A DNA stretch of 64,000 nt from Candidatus Hadarchaeales archaeon (GCA_038736355.1 JAVYML010000003.1:214093-278092); one strand, 5' to 3'. Shown: positions 9,470-19,234, counted from the first letter of the stretch. Numbers and translations are program-made. The notes: generated from the letters alone by a model not told the origin.

Positions 9470-10498
9470 TCACGGACGCATGGGGAGGACTTCCAATCCC
9501 ATCGTCTCTTTTAGCCCGAACCTGAGGTTCATGTTTTGAACCGCTTGTCCGGAACCCCCTTTGAGGAGGTTATCGATAGCAGAAACTATCACTACCCATT
9601 TTCCGTCCTCCGAGACTTCGAGACCGATATCGCAGTAGTTGGAGCCAACTACGTAGTTTAGCTCGGGAAGCCCTTCTACCACTCTAACGAAAGGCTCTCC
9701 CGAATAGAATCTTTTGTAAACGCTGAGGAGTTCCTCCTTCGACCTTTCTTCCCTCAGGAAAGCGTGGGCCGTGCAGAGGATCCCCCTGACCACTGGGATT
9801 AGGTGTGGAGTGAAATAAAGACCAACTTTCCCATTCGCCAGCCTTTCCAATTCCTGTTTTATCTCAGGGAGGTGCCTGTGCGTGGTGACGGAATAGGCAC
9901 TGGCATTCTCGCCACAAACGGGATGATGCAGACCCTCCCTCAATCCCCTGCCAGCCCCCGAAGTGCCACTCAGAGCGTCCACCACTAGCCGATCCAATTC
10001 CACCAGTCTTTCTTTTACGAGAGGGGCTAGAGCCAGGATGGCGGCGGTGGGATAACAACCGGGGTTGGCAATCAGGGTGGCCTTTTTTATTTCTTCCCTG
10101 TAGAGCTCCGGAAGACCATAGACTCCCTGGATGTGTGGACTTTCGTGTTTGGTGTAATATTTCTCGTACACCCTTACATCTTTAAACCTGTAGTCCGCGC
10201 TGAGATCCACTACCTTTGCTCCTCCCTCCAAAATCTTGGGAACAGCTTTCATCGCCACACCGTTGGGAGTAGCCATGAAGACTACATCGGACTCCGAGCC
10301 TATCTTTCCATAATCTGGTTTTTCCACCCTTCTTTCTCCCACCACTCCAGAAAGCTGAGGATGAAGGGAAGCAAGGCGGGCACCTACATGCTCTTCCCCG
10401 AAAATTCCCACTACCTCTGTCTCCGGATGTCTTAGTAGAATTCTGAGGAGTTCTCCCCCAGTGTAACCTGCCACGCCCACGATGGAAACCTTAATCAT
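9470..10498 (-). CDS. argC: N-acetyl-gamma-glutamyl-phosphate reductase
   Basis: N-terminal Rossmann VSIVGVAGYTGGELLRIL and active-site GCYPTA region; 342 aa. Confidence 0.9.
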   Translation of the reverse strand: MIKVSIVGVAGYTGGELLRILLRHPETEVVGIFGEEHVGARLASLHPQLSGVVGERRVEKPDYGKIGSESDVVFMATPNGVAMKAVPKILEGGAKVVDLSADYRFKDVRVYEKYYTKHESPHIQGVYGLPELYREEIKKATLIANPGCYPTAAILALAPLVKERLVELDRLVVDALSGTSGAGRGLREGLHHPVCGENASAYSVTTHRHLPEIKQELERLANGKVGLYFTPHLIPVVRGILCTAHAFLREERSKEELLSVYKRFYSGEPFVRVVEGLPELNYVVGSNYCDIGLEVSEDGKWVVIVSAIDNLLKGGSGQAVQNMNLRFGLKETMGLEVLPMRP

Positions 10499-11664
10499 CC
10501 TCTCATTCCTACTAACCTACCGTCCAAACCGTAGAACTTGGTTAGAGAGGCGGACATCCTTTGATCGAAGCCCCTCAAATGGAAGGAAACTATTTCCCTC
10601 TCATAGAGGGAGTAAGGTGAGGACCTACCCACCACCATGGCCCTTCCTGGTAAGAATTCCATTTTCACTTCTCCGGTAACCCTCTTTTGGGTGGCGTCGA
10701 TGAAAGCCTCCAAATCTTCCCTCAGCGGATCGAACCATCTTCCCACATATACCATCTCGCTCCACTTTCTGTCTATCCTCTCCTTAACCATCAGCTCCTC
10801 CCGTGTAAGGACCAAGGCCTCCAAGGCTTTATGGGCCTCAAGGAGGACCGTGGCGGCTGGAGCTTCGTAAACCTCCCTGACCTTGAGGCCCAAAACCCTA
10901 TCTTCCATTATATCTATGCGTCCTATCCCATATTTTCCGGCCAATTGGTTGAGTTCCCTTATCAACTTCACCCCATCCATGTACTCCCCGTTCATGGAAA
11001 CGGGGATTCCCTCCTCGAACCCCAAGGAAACGATCAGGGGTTCCCTTGGGGCTTTCAGAGGACTTTGGGTGAGCTGAAAGGCCTCCTCGGGAGGGGATTG
11101 GAGGGGATCCTCTAACTCCCTGCCTTCGATCGATCTTCCCCATAGGTTCTCATCCACGCTATAGGGGGTGGAGGAAAAAGTGATGCCATGTTTGGCCAGG
11201 TATTCTATTTCTTCCTCCCTGGTTAGACTGAACTCCCTTATGGGGGCGATGATACGTAAATGCGGAACCTTGGCGGAAAGGGTTAGGTCAAACCTGAACT
11301 GATCGTTGCCCTTTCCCGTGCATCCATGGGCCACGGCTTCTGCCCCTTCTTCCATGGCTATTTTCGCTAGCCAACTGGCGGTGGGATACCTGGCGAGGGA
11401 AATGGAGAGGGGATAACCTTCATAGCATCCGTTAGCCTTCACGCTCCTGAAAATATATTCTTTGACGAACTCCTCCTTCGCATCCACGTAGATATGTTTG
11501 GAAGCCCCGAGCCTTCTCGCCCTCTCCTCCGCTATGCGGAACTGGTCTGGTCTTTGCCCCACATCCACCATAACGGTGATGACCTCCGCTCCGTACTTCT
11601 CCTGTAGGAGCTTCAGACAGGTACAGGTATCGAGTCCTCCGCTGAACCCCAGCACCACTTTCAT
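10495..11664 (-). CDS. argG: argininosuccinate synthase (copy 1)
   Basis: MKVVLGFSGGLDTCTC PP-loop and CTGKGNDQFRF motif. Start is set at the internal ATG (11662-11664); the track's 90-aa N-terminal extension is non-homologous. Confidence 0.9.
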   Translation of the reverse strand: MKVVLGFSGGLDTCTCLKLLQEKYGAEVITVMVDVGQRPDQFRIAEERARRLGASKHIYVDAKEEFVKEYIFRSVKANGCYEGYPLSISLARYPTASWLAKIAMEEGAEAVAHGCTGKGNDQFRFDLTLSAKVPHLRIIAPIREFSLTREEEIEYLAKHGITFSSTPYSVDENLWGRSIEGRELEDPLQSPPEEAFQLTQSPLKAPREPLIVSLGFEEGIPVSMNGEYMDGVKLIRELNQLAGKYGIGRIDIMEDRVLGLKVREVYEAPAATVLLEAHKALEALVLTREELMVKERIDRKWSEMVYVGRWFDPLREDLEAFIDATQKRVTGEVKMEFLPGRAMVVGRSSPYSLYEREIVSFHLRGFDQRMSASLTKFYGLDGRLVGMRG

Positions 11665-11811
11665 GTAAATGAAATTTTTGGTCGTTCCCTCATATAGGTT
11701 TTGGGGATATCCTGAAAGGTTTTTATGGCTCGGAAAATTACTCTCAACTGTACAAAAAATCGAAAAGGGAGTGTCTAGACGAAAAAGCGTTCCAAAATCA
11801 CGGGCGACAAG

Positions 11812-12111
11812 ATGTATGTGATGGTTAACCTGCAGGGAGATCTCGGCAAGAGAGCTGGAACTGGAAGTGTGAGGGTACCCATCGAAGAAGAAGAAACGCT
11901 GGACTCCCTTTTCATGAAGCTGAGCAGGAGACATCCCCAGGTGGTGGAGAGCATTTTGGATCCCACGACCGGTGAACTAAGCGAGAACTGTCAAGTGCTA
12001 CTAAACAATAGACCCGTGAAACGCACGTTGGGGATCCACACCAAACTCAAACACAAGGACGAAATAACGATTTTACCCCTTGAGAAGGAGCAGGATCCAC
12101 AAGTCGTGTGA
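11812..12111 (+). CDS. MoaD/ThiS-like beta-grasp (ubiquitin-like) small protein lacking a C-terminal Gly-Gly
   Basis: 99 aa. Its pattern V.V.L.GDL...AG...V.V.....TL..L...L....P.......LD...GEL...V.VLLNNRPV...G..T.LK..DEITILP aligns with MoaD/ThiS/SAMP proteins, but it ends ...ILPLEKEQDPQVV*. The GTGTGA junction overlaps the UPF0200 start. Confidence 0.5.
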   Translation: MYVMVNLQGDLGKRAGTGSVRVPIEEEETLDSLFMKLSRRHPQVVESILDPTTGELSENCQVLLNNRPVKRTLGIHTKLKHKDEITILPLEKEQDPQVV

Positions 12112-12689
12112 GGATCTTGAAAGTGGTGGGTCTGGTAGGATTACAAGGTGCTGGGAAAACTGAGGTGGCGAAAGTGGCCCTTTCCTTGGGCATTCCCTGT
12201 ATTAGGATGGGGGAGGTGGTGCTCACAGAAATCAGAAAAAGGGGGTTGGAGATCAACGAAGAAAATGTGGGAAAGGTAGCCAACGAACTGAGAGAGAAGG
12301 GTGGGAAGGGAATAGTGGCCCGTCTCTGTCTTCCCCTCATCAGGGAAAAACTGGAGGAAAAAGGGATGGTGGTCGTGGATGGTATCAGGGCGATGGAAGA
12401 GGTGGAAGAACTCAGAAAAGCCTTTGGGAAGGATGTGGTAATCGTGGGGATTTGGGCTAGCCCTTCCCTGAGGTATTCGAGAATAGCCTCGAGGAGGAGG
12501 GAAGATGATGCAGAAGATTACGAGGGTTTTATACGGAAGGAAAAAAGGGAGTTGGAATGGGGGGTGGGCAATGCCCTTTCCCTCGCCGACTTTCTCCTCA
12601 TCAACGAGGGAACTTTGGAAGAACTGAGGGAAAAAGCCATGGAATTTTTCAGGAGGTTGATGAGGGATGAGGGTTTGGGTAGAAGCTGA
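12108..12689 (+). CDS. UPF0200-family P-loop nucleotide kinase (adenylate / dephospho-CoA kinase-like, archaeal)
   Basis: VGLVGLQGAGKTEV Walker A; overall similarity to the archaeal UPF0200 family; GTG start. Confidence 0.75.
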   Translation: MRILKVVGLVGLQGAGKTEVAKVALSLGIPCIRMGEVVLTEIRKRGLEINEENVGKVANELREKGGKGIVARLCLPLIREKLEEKGMVVVDGIRAMEEVEELRKAFGKDVVIVGIWASPSLRYSRIASRRREDDAEDYEGFIRKEKRELEWGVGNALSLADFLLINEGTLEELREKAMEFFRRLMRDEGLGRS

Positions 12690-13089
12690 AGTAAAGCCGA
12701 GCGAGGATCCACAGAAGGTAGAAAAAGCCGTGAAGAATCTTTTCCCCCTTCTTTTCCTGAAAAGGGAGAGCGGAAAGGTAGAAGGTACCTCAGAGGACCC
12801 GGAAGTTCTCTCCCGCTTGAGGGACCTCCTACGCCTTCAAGCCATCAGGGATGCTGCCAGGAATCAGCTCCTTAGGGGTAAAGGGGAGGGGAAGTTGGAG
12901 TTTTGGCTCAATAAGCAGGCGGCTTTCATGGGGAAGGTCAGCTTCACAGAGGGTGAAGCCCCTTTAGGACCCATCAAGGTAGTAGTGGAAACTAGGGATC
13001 CCGATCTCCTCCTCGATTTTTTGGCCCCCAAGACCAAAGAAGGTAAAGCCCTTAGAGAAGTTTCCCTTGAAGAAATAAAGAGAGTTTAG
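12667..13089 (+). CDS. UPF0201-family protein (predicted RNA-binding, COG1931-like). UPF0200 and UPF0201 genes are often adjacent in archaea.
   Basis: MRVWVEAEVKPSEDPQKVEKAV... N-terminus typical of UPF0201; 140 aa; overlaps the preceding gene. Confidence 0.65.
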   Translation: MRVWVEAEVKPSEDPQKVEKAVKNLFPLLFLKRESGKVEGTSEDPEVLSRLRDLLRLQAIRDAARNQLLRGKGEGKLEFWLNKQAAFMGKVSFTEGEAPLGPIKVVVETRDPDLLLDFLAPKTKEGKALREVSLEEIKRV

Positions 13090-13466
13090 AGAATGCCCAG
13101 CATTGCACCGAACATGAAATATCCCAGCGCGTTATAACCTTCGAGCAAAAAGACCTCCATCAACAACCCTTTCCCTTTTCCGCGCAGGAAATGCCAAGGG
13201 GCTTTACCCCTGCTCATCAATAGGACTTCCAGGGGTCCCGCAAGGAGCATGGCGAGGAGGAAAATGGAAAAAGCCTTGAGGGGCCCCAACCACCTCCCGA
13301 GCAAGAAACCCGCTGGTAAGTAGCCAGCCCATCTTTCGAAGGTGGCCAAGAAGACATGGGAGCGGGGAATGAAGATCCCCTTTCCGGCATAGTATTCCAG
13401 AATCTTTCCCATGGCAATTAAATCCACGAGGGGAAGAAACCAGAAGAGAAGACGACCTTTTGACAA
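13086..13466 (-). CDS. hypothetical integral membrane protein
   Basis: 126 aa, 3-4 hydrophobic segments; no family recognised. Confidence 0.4.
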   Translation of the reverse strand: MSKGRLLFWFLPLVDLIAMGKILEYYAGKGIFIPRSHVFLATFERWAGYLPAGFLLGRWLGPLKAFSIFLLAMLLAGPLEVLLMSRGKAPWHFLRGKGKGLLMEVFLLEGYNALGYFMFGAMLGIL

Positions 13467-14366
13467 CTAACCACCGGCTAAGGGAACCTCCAGCACCATG
13501 AGATCTTCGGCTACTACGGTATTGGGGAAAATTTTCCTAGCCTGTTCCAAAAGGGTAGAAACTTCCCGATACCTTGGACTGAGATGGGTGAGGACCAAAA
13601 GTTTTACTCCTGCCTCCTTCGCCACCCAAGCTGCTTCCGATGAGGTGGAATGTCCTCCTTCCTTGGCCCTTTCGAGAAGCTCCTCTCCGAACATGGAATC
13701 ATGGATCAAAACATCTGCTCCTTGGGCTAAGGCAATGATTTCTTCACAGGGTCTTGTGTCCACCGCGTATACCACTTTCCTTCCAGGAAGGGGAGGACCC
13801 AACACTTCCTCTGGCCTTACCTCTCTACCTCCAGGAAGGAAAATCGGTTGACCAGCTTTGAGAAGAGAGAAGGCCGGTCCTGGTGTTACTCCCAATCCGA
13901 CCGCCTTCTCCGGGTCCAGTTTCCCAGGTCTGGGAAATTCCTCTAGGGAAAAGGCCAAACCCACTACCCCATGTTTGGTGGAAGAAGTGAGGATTCTATA
14001 GCCCGTCCTTTCCACTTTTTCTCCTCCCTTCAATCCCCTTACCTTTACTTCGAATTCTAGAGTATAGTGGGGGAGTCGAAGAAGGGTCTCAATTTTTTCT
14101 TCCTCTCCCACTGGAACATAGACTTCCAGCGGACGGGTTCTACCAAAGAGGGACATCGTTTGTACCAATCCTGCCAGACCCAGGAAGTGATCTCCATGGA
14201 GATGGGAGATGAAAACGGCATCTACCTTGAGGGGGCTGAGACCGACCCTTACCATTTGCCCCTGTGTTCCCTCACCACAATCGAAGAGGAGGAGTTCTCC
14301 ACCCCTCTTGATGGCCAAAGAAGGAAGGGATCTAGAGGGGGAGGGAATGCTTCCTCCTGTTCCCAA
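13467..14366 (-). CDS. rnz: ribonuclease Z (tRNA 3' endonuclease, metallo-beta-lactamase fold)
   Basis: N-terminal GTGGSIPS...LLFDCGEGTQ and HLHGDH zinc motif; 299 aa. Confidence 0.85.
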   Translation of the reverse strand: MGTGGSIPSPSRSLPSLAIKRGGELLLFDCGEGTQGQMVRVGLSPLKVDAVFISHLHGDHFLGLAGLVQTMSLFGRTRPLEVYVPVGEEEKIETLLRLPHYTLEFEVKVRGLKGGEKVERTGYRILTSSTKHGVVGLAFSLEEFPRPGKLDPEKAVGLGVTPGPAFSLLKAGQPIFLPGGREVRPEEVLGPPLPGRKVVYAVDTRPCEEIIALAQGADVLIHDSMFGEELLERAKEGGHSTSSEAAWVAKEAGVKLLVLTHLSPRYREVSTLLEQARKIFPNTVVAEDLMVLEVPLAGG

Positions 14367-14391
14367 AAAAGTTAGCGTGAGGTTCAGCTTC

Positions 14392-15411
14392 TCAACCCCT
14401 GAAAACGTAAATCCTTCTAGTTAAGCTCCGGTGGACCCTCTGCTCGTATCTCTCCCTCTCCTCCAGTCCCACCTCTGCTGCCATTTCCCCCAAGTCGACT
14501 TCTGAGGGGGAAGTCAAACACATGTATTTTCCCCTTTTGAGAGCCCTCACCAGCGAAGGAAGGGCCCTTCTATAGAGTTCCTCTTTTGACCTCTTCCAAG
14601 TACTGGCCTGTCTTCCATAAGGAGGATCGGTGACTATAGCGTCCACCCTTCTACCCTTCCATTGACAGGCATCACCTACTTCCAGTCTGAAGTTTTCTAT
14701 TCCATAGTTTTCTAAGTTGATTCTAGCCCTTTCCACCATCTTGGGATCCAAATCTATTCCCCACACTTTCATTCCCATTAGTCCCGCTTCTATGAGAATT
14801 CCCCCCACGCCACAGAAGGGATCCAGAATAGTTCCTCCTCTGGGTGCTCTAGCGAGGTTTACCATGCATCTTGCTAGGGAAGGGAAAAGGGTACTGGGAT
14901 GAAAGGCCTTGCGGAACTTTGGTCTGCGGCTTCCCATCTCTTTTCTGGCAGTATCGCCCACTTTCATTCCCACTATTCCCATTCCATCCGTGAGGGCTAT
15001 GCAGACTTCCACCTCTGGTTTCTCCAGATCGACCTCAAACTTCACTTCTCCCCTTATCAGGTCTGCTATTCTCTTCGAAAGTTCTTCTCTTTTTATCTCA
15101 GGTGAATATCTCTTTATACGCACCGTTCTAACCGCGAAAGTTTTTCCATGCGGTATCAGGTCCACCACATCGGTACTCCCCACGGCTTCCAAGAGCTCTT
15201 CCACCCTAGAAGTACAAAGATGGGTCCAAACCTCGTGTGACATGCCAAGCCTAGAGGCTAGGAGAGAAGGATTCACTTCGGTTTCCACCACCAGTACTTG
15301 ATCGAACTCCTCCAATACCTTCCCCGTACCCCCTTCGGCTTGGATGGCTGCCAAAACTTCTGCCCTGGGAAGATAAGGATGTTCCCCTGAAAGAAGGAAG
15401 ACCAGCCTCAC
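14392..15411 (-). CDS. tRNA (guanine-N2)-methyltransferase, Trm11/Trm-G10-like (THUMP + class I methyltransferase)
   Basis: N-terminal THUMP-like region, SAM-binding DPFCGVGGILIEA, catalytic IVTDPPYG motif; 339 aa. Confidence 0.8.
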   Translation of the reverse strand: MRLVFLLSGEHPYLPRAEVLAAIQAEGGTGKVLEEFDQVLVVETEVNPSLLASRLGMSHEVWTHLCTSRVEELLEAVGSTDVVDLIPHGKTFAVRTVRIKRYSPEIKREELSKRIADLIRGEVKFEVDLEKPEVEVCIALTDGMGIVGMKVGDTARKEMGSRRPKFRKAFHPSTLFPSLARCMVNLARAPRGGTILDPFCGVGGILIEAGLMGMKVWGIDLDPKMVERARINLENYGIENFRLEVGDACQWKGRRVDAIVTDPPYGRQASTWKRSKEELYRRALPSLVRALKRGKYMCLTSPSEVDLGEMAAEVGLEERERYEQRVHRSLTRRIYVFRG

Positions 15412-15439
15412 ATTCTATCCATGGATAGCCAATTAAAAT

Positions 15440-16321
15440 TTATAAAAGGACGGACTGCCTGAGCCCCTCCACGATAACTGGGGCCACGGAAACCAAACTA
15501 TGGGAATTCTCTATGGTATTGGTCCCCACCACCCCCTCTACACCAGCTGCCTTCATTTTTTCAAGGGCGTTTCCAGAAAGCACGGGATGCGTACATGCAG
15601 CAAAGATTCTTCTTGCCCCTTCCTTCTTGAGGATTTTGGCTGCTTCCGCTATAGTTCCACCCGTGCTTATGATATCATCGATGATCACGGCATCCCTATC
15701 CTTCACCCTTAGTTCCTTACTCGAAGTTACCACGAGTTCTGGAGTAATCCTTTCCTTTTCCAGAGAATCGAAGGAAGCGCCCAATTCCTTCGCAGCCCTA
15801 CTGGCCTGCTGGGCGGCTTTTTCATCCGGGCCCAAGAAGAGAGGATCTTTAAGCCCCATTCCCTTGAAGTATCTACCCAAAAGAGGGGCTGCCGTGACGT
15901 TTTTCACAGGTATAGAGAAATAAGAAAGGGATTCTCTTTCGTGGATGTCCACTACCACCAACTCCTCCGCCCCCGCCTCTTCTATGAAGGAAGAAATGAG
16001 TTTGAGGCTCAGGGCTTCCCCTTTCTTAAAGATTTTGTCCTGGCGTGCATATGCCAAGTAGGGAACCACGGCTTTGAGGCTCTTAGGTCCTTGTTCAGAG
16101 GCCGCCTCCAAAAGTAAAAAGAGCTCCATGAGATTTTCATTCTGGGGAGGGGGAGTGGATTGAACTATTACCACCTCTTCCCCAGAAAGGTCATCCGGTA
16201 TCCTCACGTAAAGTTCTCCATCTGGAAAGGATTTAACCTCCGGTTGAGAAAACTTACAGTTCAGTTCTTTGGCAATTTCCCAAGATAGCTTGCGGGAAGC
16301 AGAACCCCCTATTACTATCAT
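15440..16321 (-). CDS. prs: ribose-phosphate pyrophosphokinase (PRPP synthetase)
   Basis: Two PRTase-type domains with the VIIDDIISTGGTIAEAAKILK PRPP-binding motif. Start is set at the internal ATG (MIVIGGSAS); the track's 155-aa extension is antisense to the next gene. Confidence 0.85.
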   Translation of the reverse strand: MIVIGGSASRKLSWEIAKELNCKFSQPEVKSFPDGELYVRIPDDLSGEEVVIVQSTPPPQNENLMELFLLLEAASEQGPKSLKAVVPYLAYARQDKIFKKGEALSLKLISSFIEEAGAEELVVVDIHERESLSYFSIPVKNVTAAPLLGRYFKGMGLKDPLFLGPDEKAAQQASRAAKELGASFDSLEKERITPELVVTSSKELRVKDRDAVIIDDIISTGGTIAEAAKILKKEGARRIFAACTHPVLSGNALEKMKAAGVEGVVGTNTIENSHSLVSVAPVIVEGLRQSVLL

Positions 16322-16376
16322 TTTTCTCCCGAAGTTTTTTCTTGAGGAGGATTTTATAATGTTTTGGTAGGATGAA

Positions 16377-17462
16377 ATGTGGAGGATTCTAAGACCAGAT
16401 GCTTTCACGGTGCTAGGGAATGAAAGGGCCAAAAAATCCTTTGCTAGGTATTTCAGGGTCCTGAGGGGGGAAGTACCGCCCAGGTTCCAAATCTGTAAAA
16501 GGATACCCGCATCCTTCGAGCCTTCCTGGGAAACGGAGGAACTCTGGAAAATCCACGACCTCTCCTTGAGGGAGTTCAAAAAGACCTTGGAACTGGTAGA
16601 CAAGGGAAAAATGAAACTGGACGAGCTTGAAAAACCTAAATCCTCCCTGCTGGACCTCAAGATAGAACTGGCCCGTCGCCTCCTTTCTTCCTGCCAACTC
16701 TGCGAACACAAGTGCGGTGTTAACAGGTTAAAGGGGGAAAAGGGCTTCTGCAGGGTGGGAAAGACGAAGGTAGCTTCCGAATTCATGCATTATGGGGAGG
16801 AAAGCGTGCTCGTTCCCTCCTATACCGTCTTTTTTTCGGGCTGTTCCTTCAAGTGTTGTTTTTGCCAGAATTGGGACATCTCACAATTCCCTGACGAAGG
16901 AGAAGAATTCTCCCCAGCGGAACTCTCTTTCCTCATCTCCGAAGCCGAAAAACACGGGGCCAGGAATGTGAACTTTGTGGGTGGAAACCCAGACCCGCAC
17001 CTTCTCTTCATCCTCGAGACCCTCAGGGAATATGGTGGACGCCTTAGCTCTGTTTGGAACTCCAACATGTACTACAGCTCCTCGAGTGCGGAGCTCCTCA
17101 AGGGAACCCAAGATATTTATCTAACAGATTTCAAGTGGGGGAACGACAGATGCGCCCGAAAATATTCAGGTATCTCGAGATACTGGGAAACCGTAACGAG
17201 AAATCATCTCACAGCCTTCTCGGATGCAGAGCTCATCATCCGCCATTTGGTAATGCCGGGTCATCTCGAGTGCTGTACCTTCCCTGTGCTCCGGTGGATA
17301 GCCGAAAACCTTGGAGAAAAAGTATGGGTGAACGTGATGGCGCAATATCGTCCATGCTATAGAGCTGCGGAATATCCTGAGATAAACCGTGCCCTTTCTC
17401 CACAAGAATTCAGAAAAGCCTTGGAGGAAGCTGAGAGACTTGGGCTGAGCTTGGAACCTTAG
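16377..17462 (+). CDS. radical SAM protein, PflX-like (pyruvate formate-lyase activase-related, COG1313-like)
   Basis: GCSFKCCFCQNW gives a CX3CX2C radical-SAM cluster motif, with an additional N-terminal Cys cluster (SCQLCEHKCG...GFCRV); 361 aa. Confidence 0.7.
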   Translation: MWRILRPDAFTVLGNERAKKSFARYFRVLRGEVPPRFQICKRIPASFEPSWETEELWKIHDLSLREFKKTLELVDKGKMKLDELEKPKSSLLDLKIELARRLLSSCQLCEHKCGVNRLKGEKGFCRVGKTKVASEFMHYGEESVLVPSYTVFFSGCSFKCCFCQNWDISQFPDEGEEFSPAELSFLISEAEKHGARNVNFVGGNPDPHLLFILETLREYGGRLSSVWNSNMYYSSSSAELLKGTQDIYLTDFKWGNDRCARKYSGISRYWETVTRNHLTAFSDAELIIRHLVMPGHLECCTFPVLRWIAENLGEKVWVNVMAQYRPCYRAAEYPEINRALSPQEFRKALEEAERLGLSLEP

Positions 17463-17499
17463 CCTTCGAAACGCTTATTTTTTCCTGAAGGAATTTTTA

Positions 17500-18732
17500 A
17501 TGAATATGGCAGAAAGCAAAGAACCACGTAATGTTAGAGAGCTACTCACCGAGATGAAGAACACTTCCGATTGGATGATGGATCTTGCACGTGTCTCTCT
17601 ACTCTTCGAAAACAAAGAGTTGGCAAAAAAGGTTAGGGAACTCGAACTAAAGATGGATCACCTCATGTATGAAATTTGGACTGTGGCTGTCCTAGCCGCA
17701 CGCAGCGAGGAAGATGCAAGAAAAATTGCAGGGGTGCTCCAAATAGCGAGTGCGGCTGAAGCCATTTCAAACTCCACGGGAGACATGGTGGACCTAGTCC
17801 TGAGAGGAATGGAAATACATCCTCTGGTGAAAAATGCCCTTCTCAGATGTGAAGAGAAGCTCACCCAGCTGAGAGTGGGTGAGGGCTCAGCCCTTTTGCA
17901 CAAAAGATTGGAGGAGCTGGAACTTCCCTCCAGAATTGGCGTAAAGATCCTAGCTATAAGAAGGGATAAGGAATGGATAGTTCCTCCCTCTTCGAGTACG
18001 GAGCTGAGGGAAGGGGATCTGCTCGTGGTGAGGGGACCGGAGGAAGGGATTTCGGTCTTGCATAAATTAACAGGTTCAAATGTGGAGGAAGGGAGGGAGA
18101 AAAAACCCTCCAAGCTAGAGCTGGAGTTGGCCCAAATGTACGATTTGAGCAGCATGATGGTCGATCTCGCTTACTCCTCCGTTCTCTTGGCCTCAAAGGA
18201 GCTGGGAAAAGAGGTGAGGAGATTGGAGGAGAAGTTCGACAAGCTGAATTATCAACTCTGGCTGGAAACTCTAAAAGCGAGCAGGGAGGAAGAAGATCCA
18301 AGAAAGCTGAACAGCCTTTTGCAAGTCGTGAAATGTCTAGAAAAGATTTCGGATGCTGCAGACACCATTGCAGATGTAATATTGAGGGGTGAGGAGCTAC
18401 ATCCTGTCTTTGCAGAGGCTCTTTCAAAGGCGGATGAACAAGTAGCAAGGATCAAAGTAGAAGCGGGCTCGACATTAGAAGGTAAAACTCTCGAGCAGCT
18501 CAATCTTGAAACAAGTGTTGGAGTGGATGTGATGGTAATAGAGCGCAGGGGAAAATTCTTCTTCGAGCCAAACCGAGGGAAAAAGATCATGGGGGGAGAT
18601 CGGTTGGTGGTGAGGGGAACCTATCGGGCTCTCCGCAAGTTGGCACAAATGTGTAAGTCCAAAAAAGTCACTTCTCAAGAGCCAGAAGGGCTATCCTCTC
18701 CAGTACCAGCTTCTGAACCCCAAGCTTCCTGA
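17500..18732 (+). CDS. duplicated PhoU-like / TrkA-C (RCK_C) domain protein (COG3273-like regulatory protein)
   Basis: Two tandem repeats, each a helical PhoU-like module followed by a TrkA-C motif (ELREGDLLVVRG, and MGGDRLVVRG in repeat 2); 410 aa. Confidence 0.6.
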   Translation: MNMAESKEPRNVRELLTEMKNTSDWMMDLARVSLLFENKELAKKVRELELKMDHLMYEIWTVAVLAARSEEDARKIAGVLQIASAAEAISNSTGDMVDLVLRGMEIHPLVKNALLRCEEKLTQLRVGEGSALLHKRLEELELPSRIGVKILAIRRDKEWIVPPSSSTELREGDLLVVRGPEEGISVLHKLTGSNVEEGREKKPSKLELELAQMYDLSSMMVDLAYSSVLLASKELGKEVRRLEEKFDKLNYQLWLETLKASREEEDPRKLNSLLQVVKCLEKISDAADTIADVILRGEELHPVFAEALSKADEQVARIKVEAGSTLEGKTLEQLNLETSVGVDVMVIERRGKFFFEPNRGKKIMGGDRLVVRGTYRALRKLAQMCKSKKVTSQEPEGLSSPVPASEPQAS

Positions 18733-19234
18733 CCATCTTTTTGGGAAGATAGAACTTTTCTAGGAGTAGCCTTGCCTTGGAAGGTGAAAGATTCAGCACT
18801 TCATCCTCCCTTTCTATTTCCGTTTCCCTTAGAATTTCCTCCAACGCTCTTTCCACCGTTTTCTTTTCCTCCCCCACTGAAACGAGCCCTATAGCCACTG
18901 AGTCTTCTTTCAAACCCATCTTTTCCAATGCCCTAGAAATCTGCCTCTCCGCTGCCGCCCAACAAATCAACTCCAAAGCCAGGGAATCTGCAAACCCCAT
19001 TCCTCTGGAATGGGCGAGAAGGGCCAGCCTGCTGGCATGCGCGAGGTGAGCCTTTCCAGCCACCAACCTCGCGTCGAAGGCTTGGGTGGTTGTCCCCATT
19101 TTCTGATCCACCCTTCTTATCCTTTCCAGTATCTCCCCCACTCCCAGCTTACCTTTCCTCTTTCCTCCTGTAAGCCCTACCCACTTCTGGAGCTCCGGAA
19201 GTTCGAAAAGGACAGGGGCCATCACAAACATCAA
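18668..19234 (-). CDS. putative KEOPS complex subunit Cgi121
   Basis: About 188 aa. Pattern FDARLVAGKAHLAHASRLAL...ERQISRALEKMG...IALLALEK resembles the archaeal Cgi121 family. Assignment is from memory of family patterns, not a search. Confidence 0.45.
   Translation of the reverse strand: MMFVMAPVLFELPELQKWVGLTGGKRKGKLGVGEILERIRRVDQKMGTTTQAFDARLVAGKAHLAHASRLALLAHSRGMGFADSLALELICWAAAERQISRALEKMGLKEDSVAIGLVSVGEEKKTVERALEEILRETEIEREDEVLNLSPSKARLLLEKFYLPKKMVRKLGVQKLVLERIALLALEK

Noticed and set aside
5179-11664. LysW-mediated (carrier-protein) ornithine/lysine pathway interpretation of the arg cluster
   Set aside because: argJ with its ATML motif is present, indicating the classical acetyl cycle. 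No LysW-like zinc-ribbon ORF with an EDWGE tail is found in or near the operon.
10495-11934. 90-aa N-terminal extension on the argG ORF; similar long extensions on the prs (15440..16786) and rrp42 (35934..36887) ORFs
   Set aside because: Extensions lack homology, overlap neighbouring genes, and internal ATGs give canonical N-termini (MKVVLGFSGGLD, MIVIGGSAS, MKELIAS).
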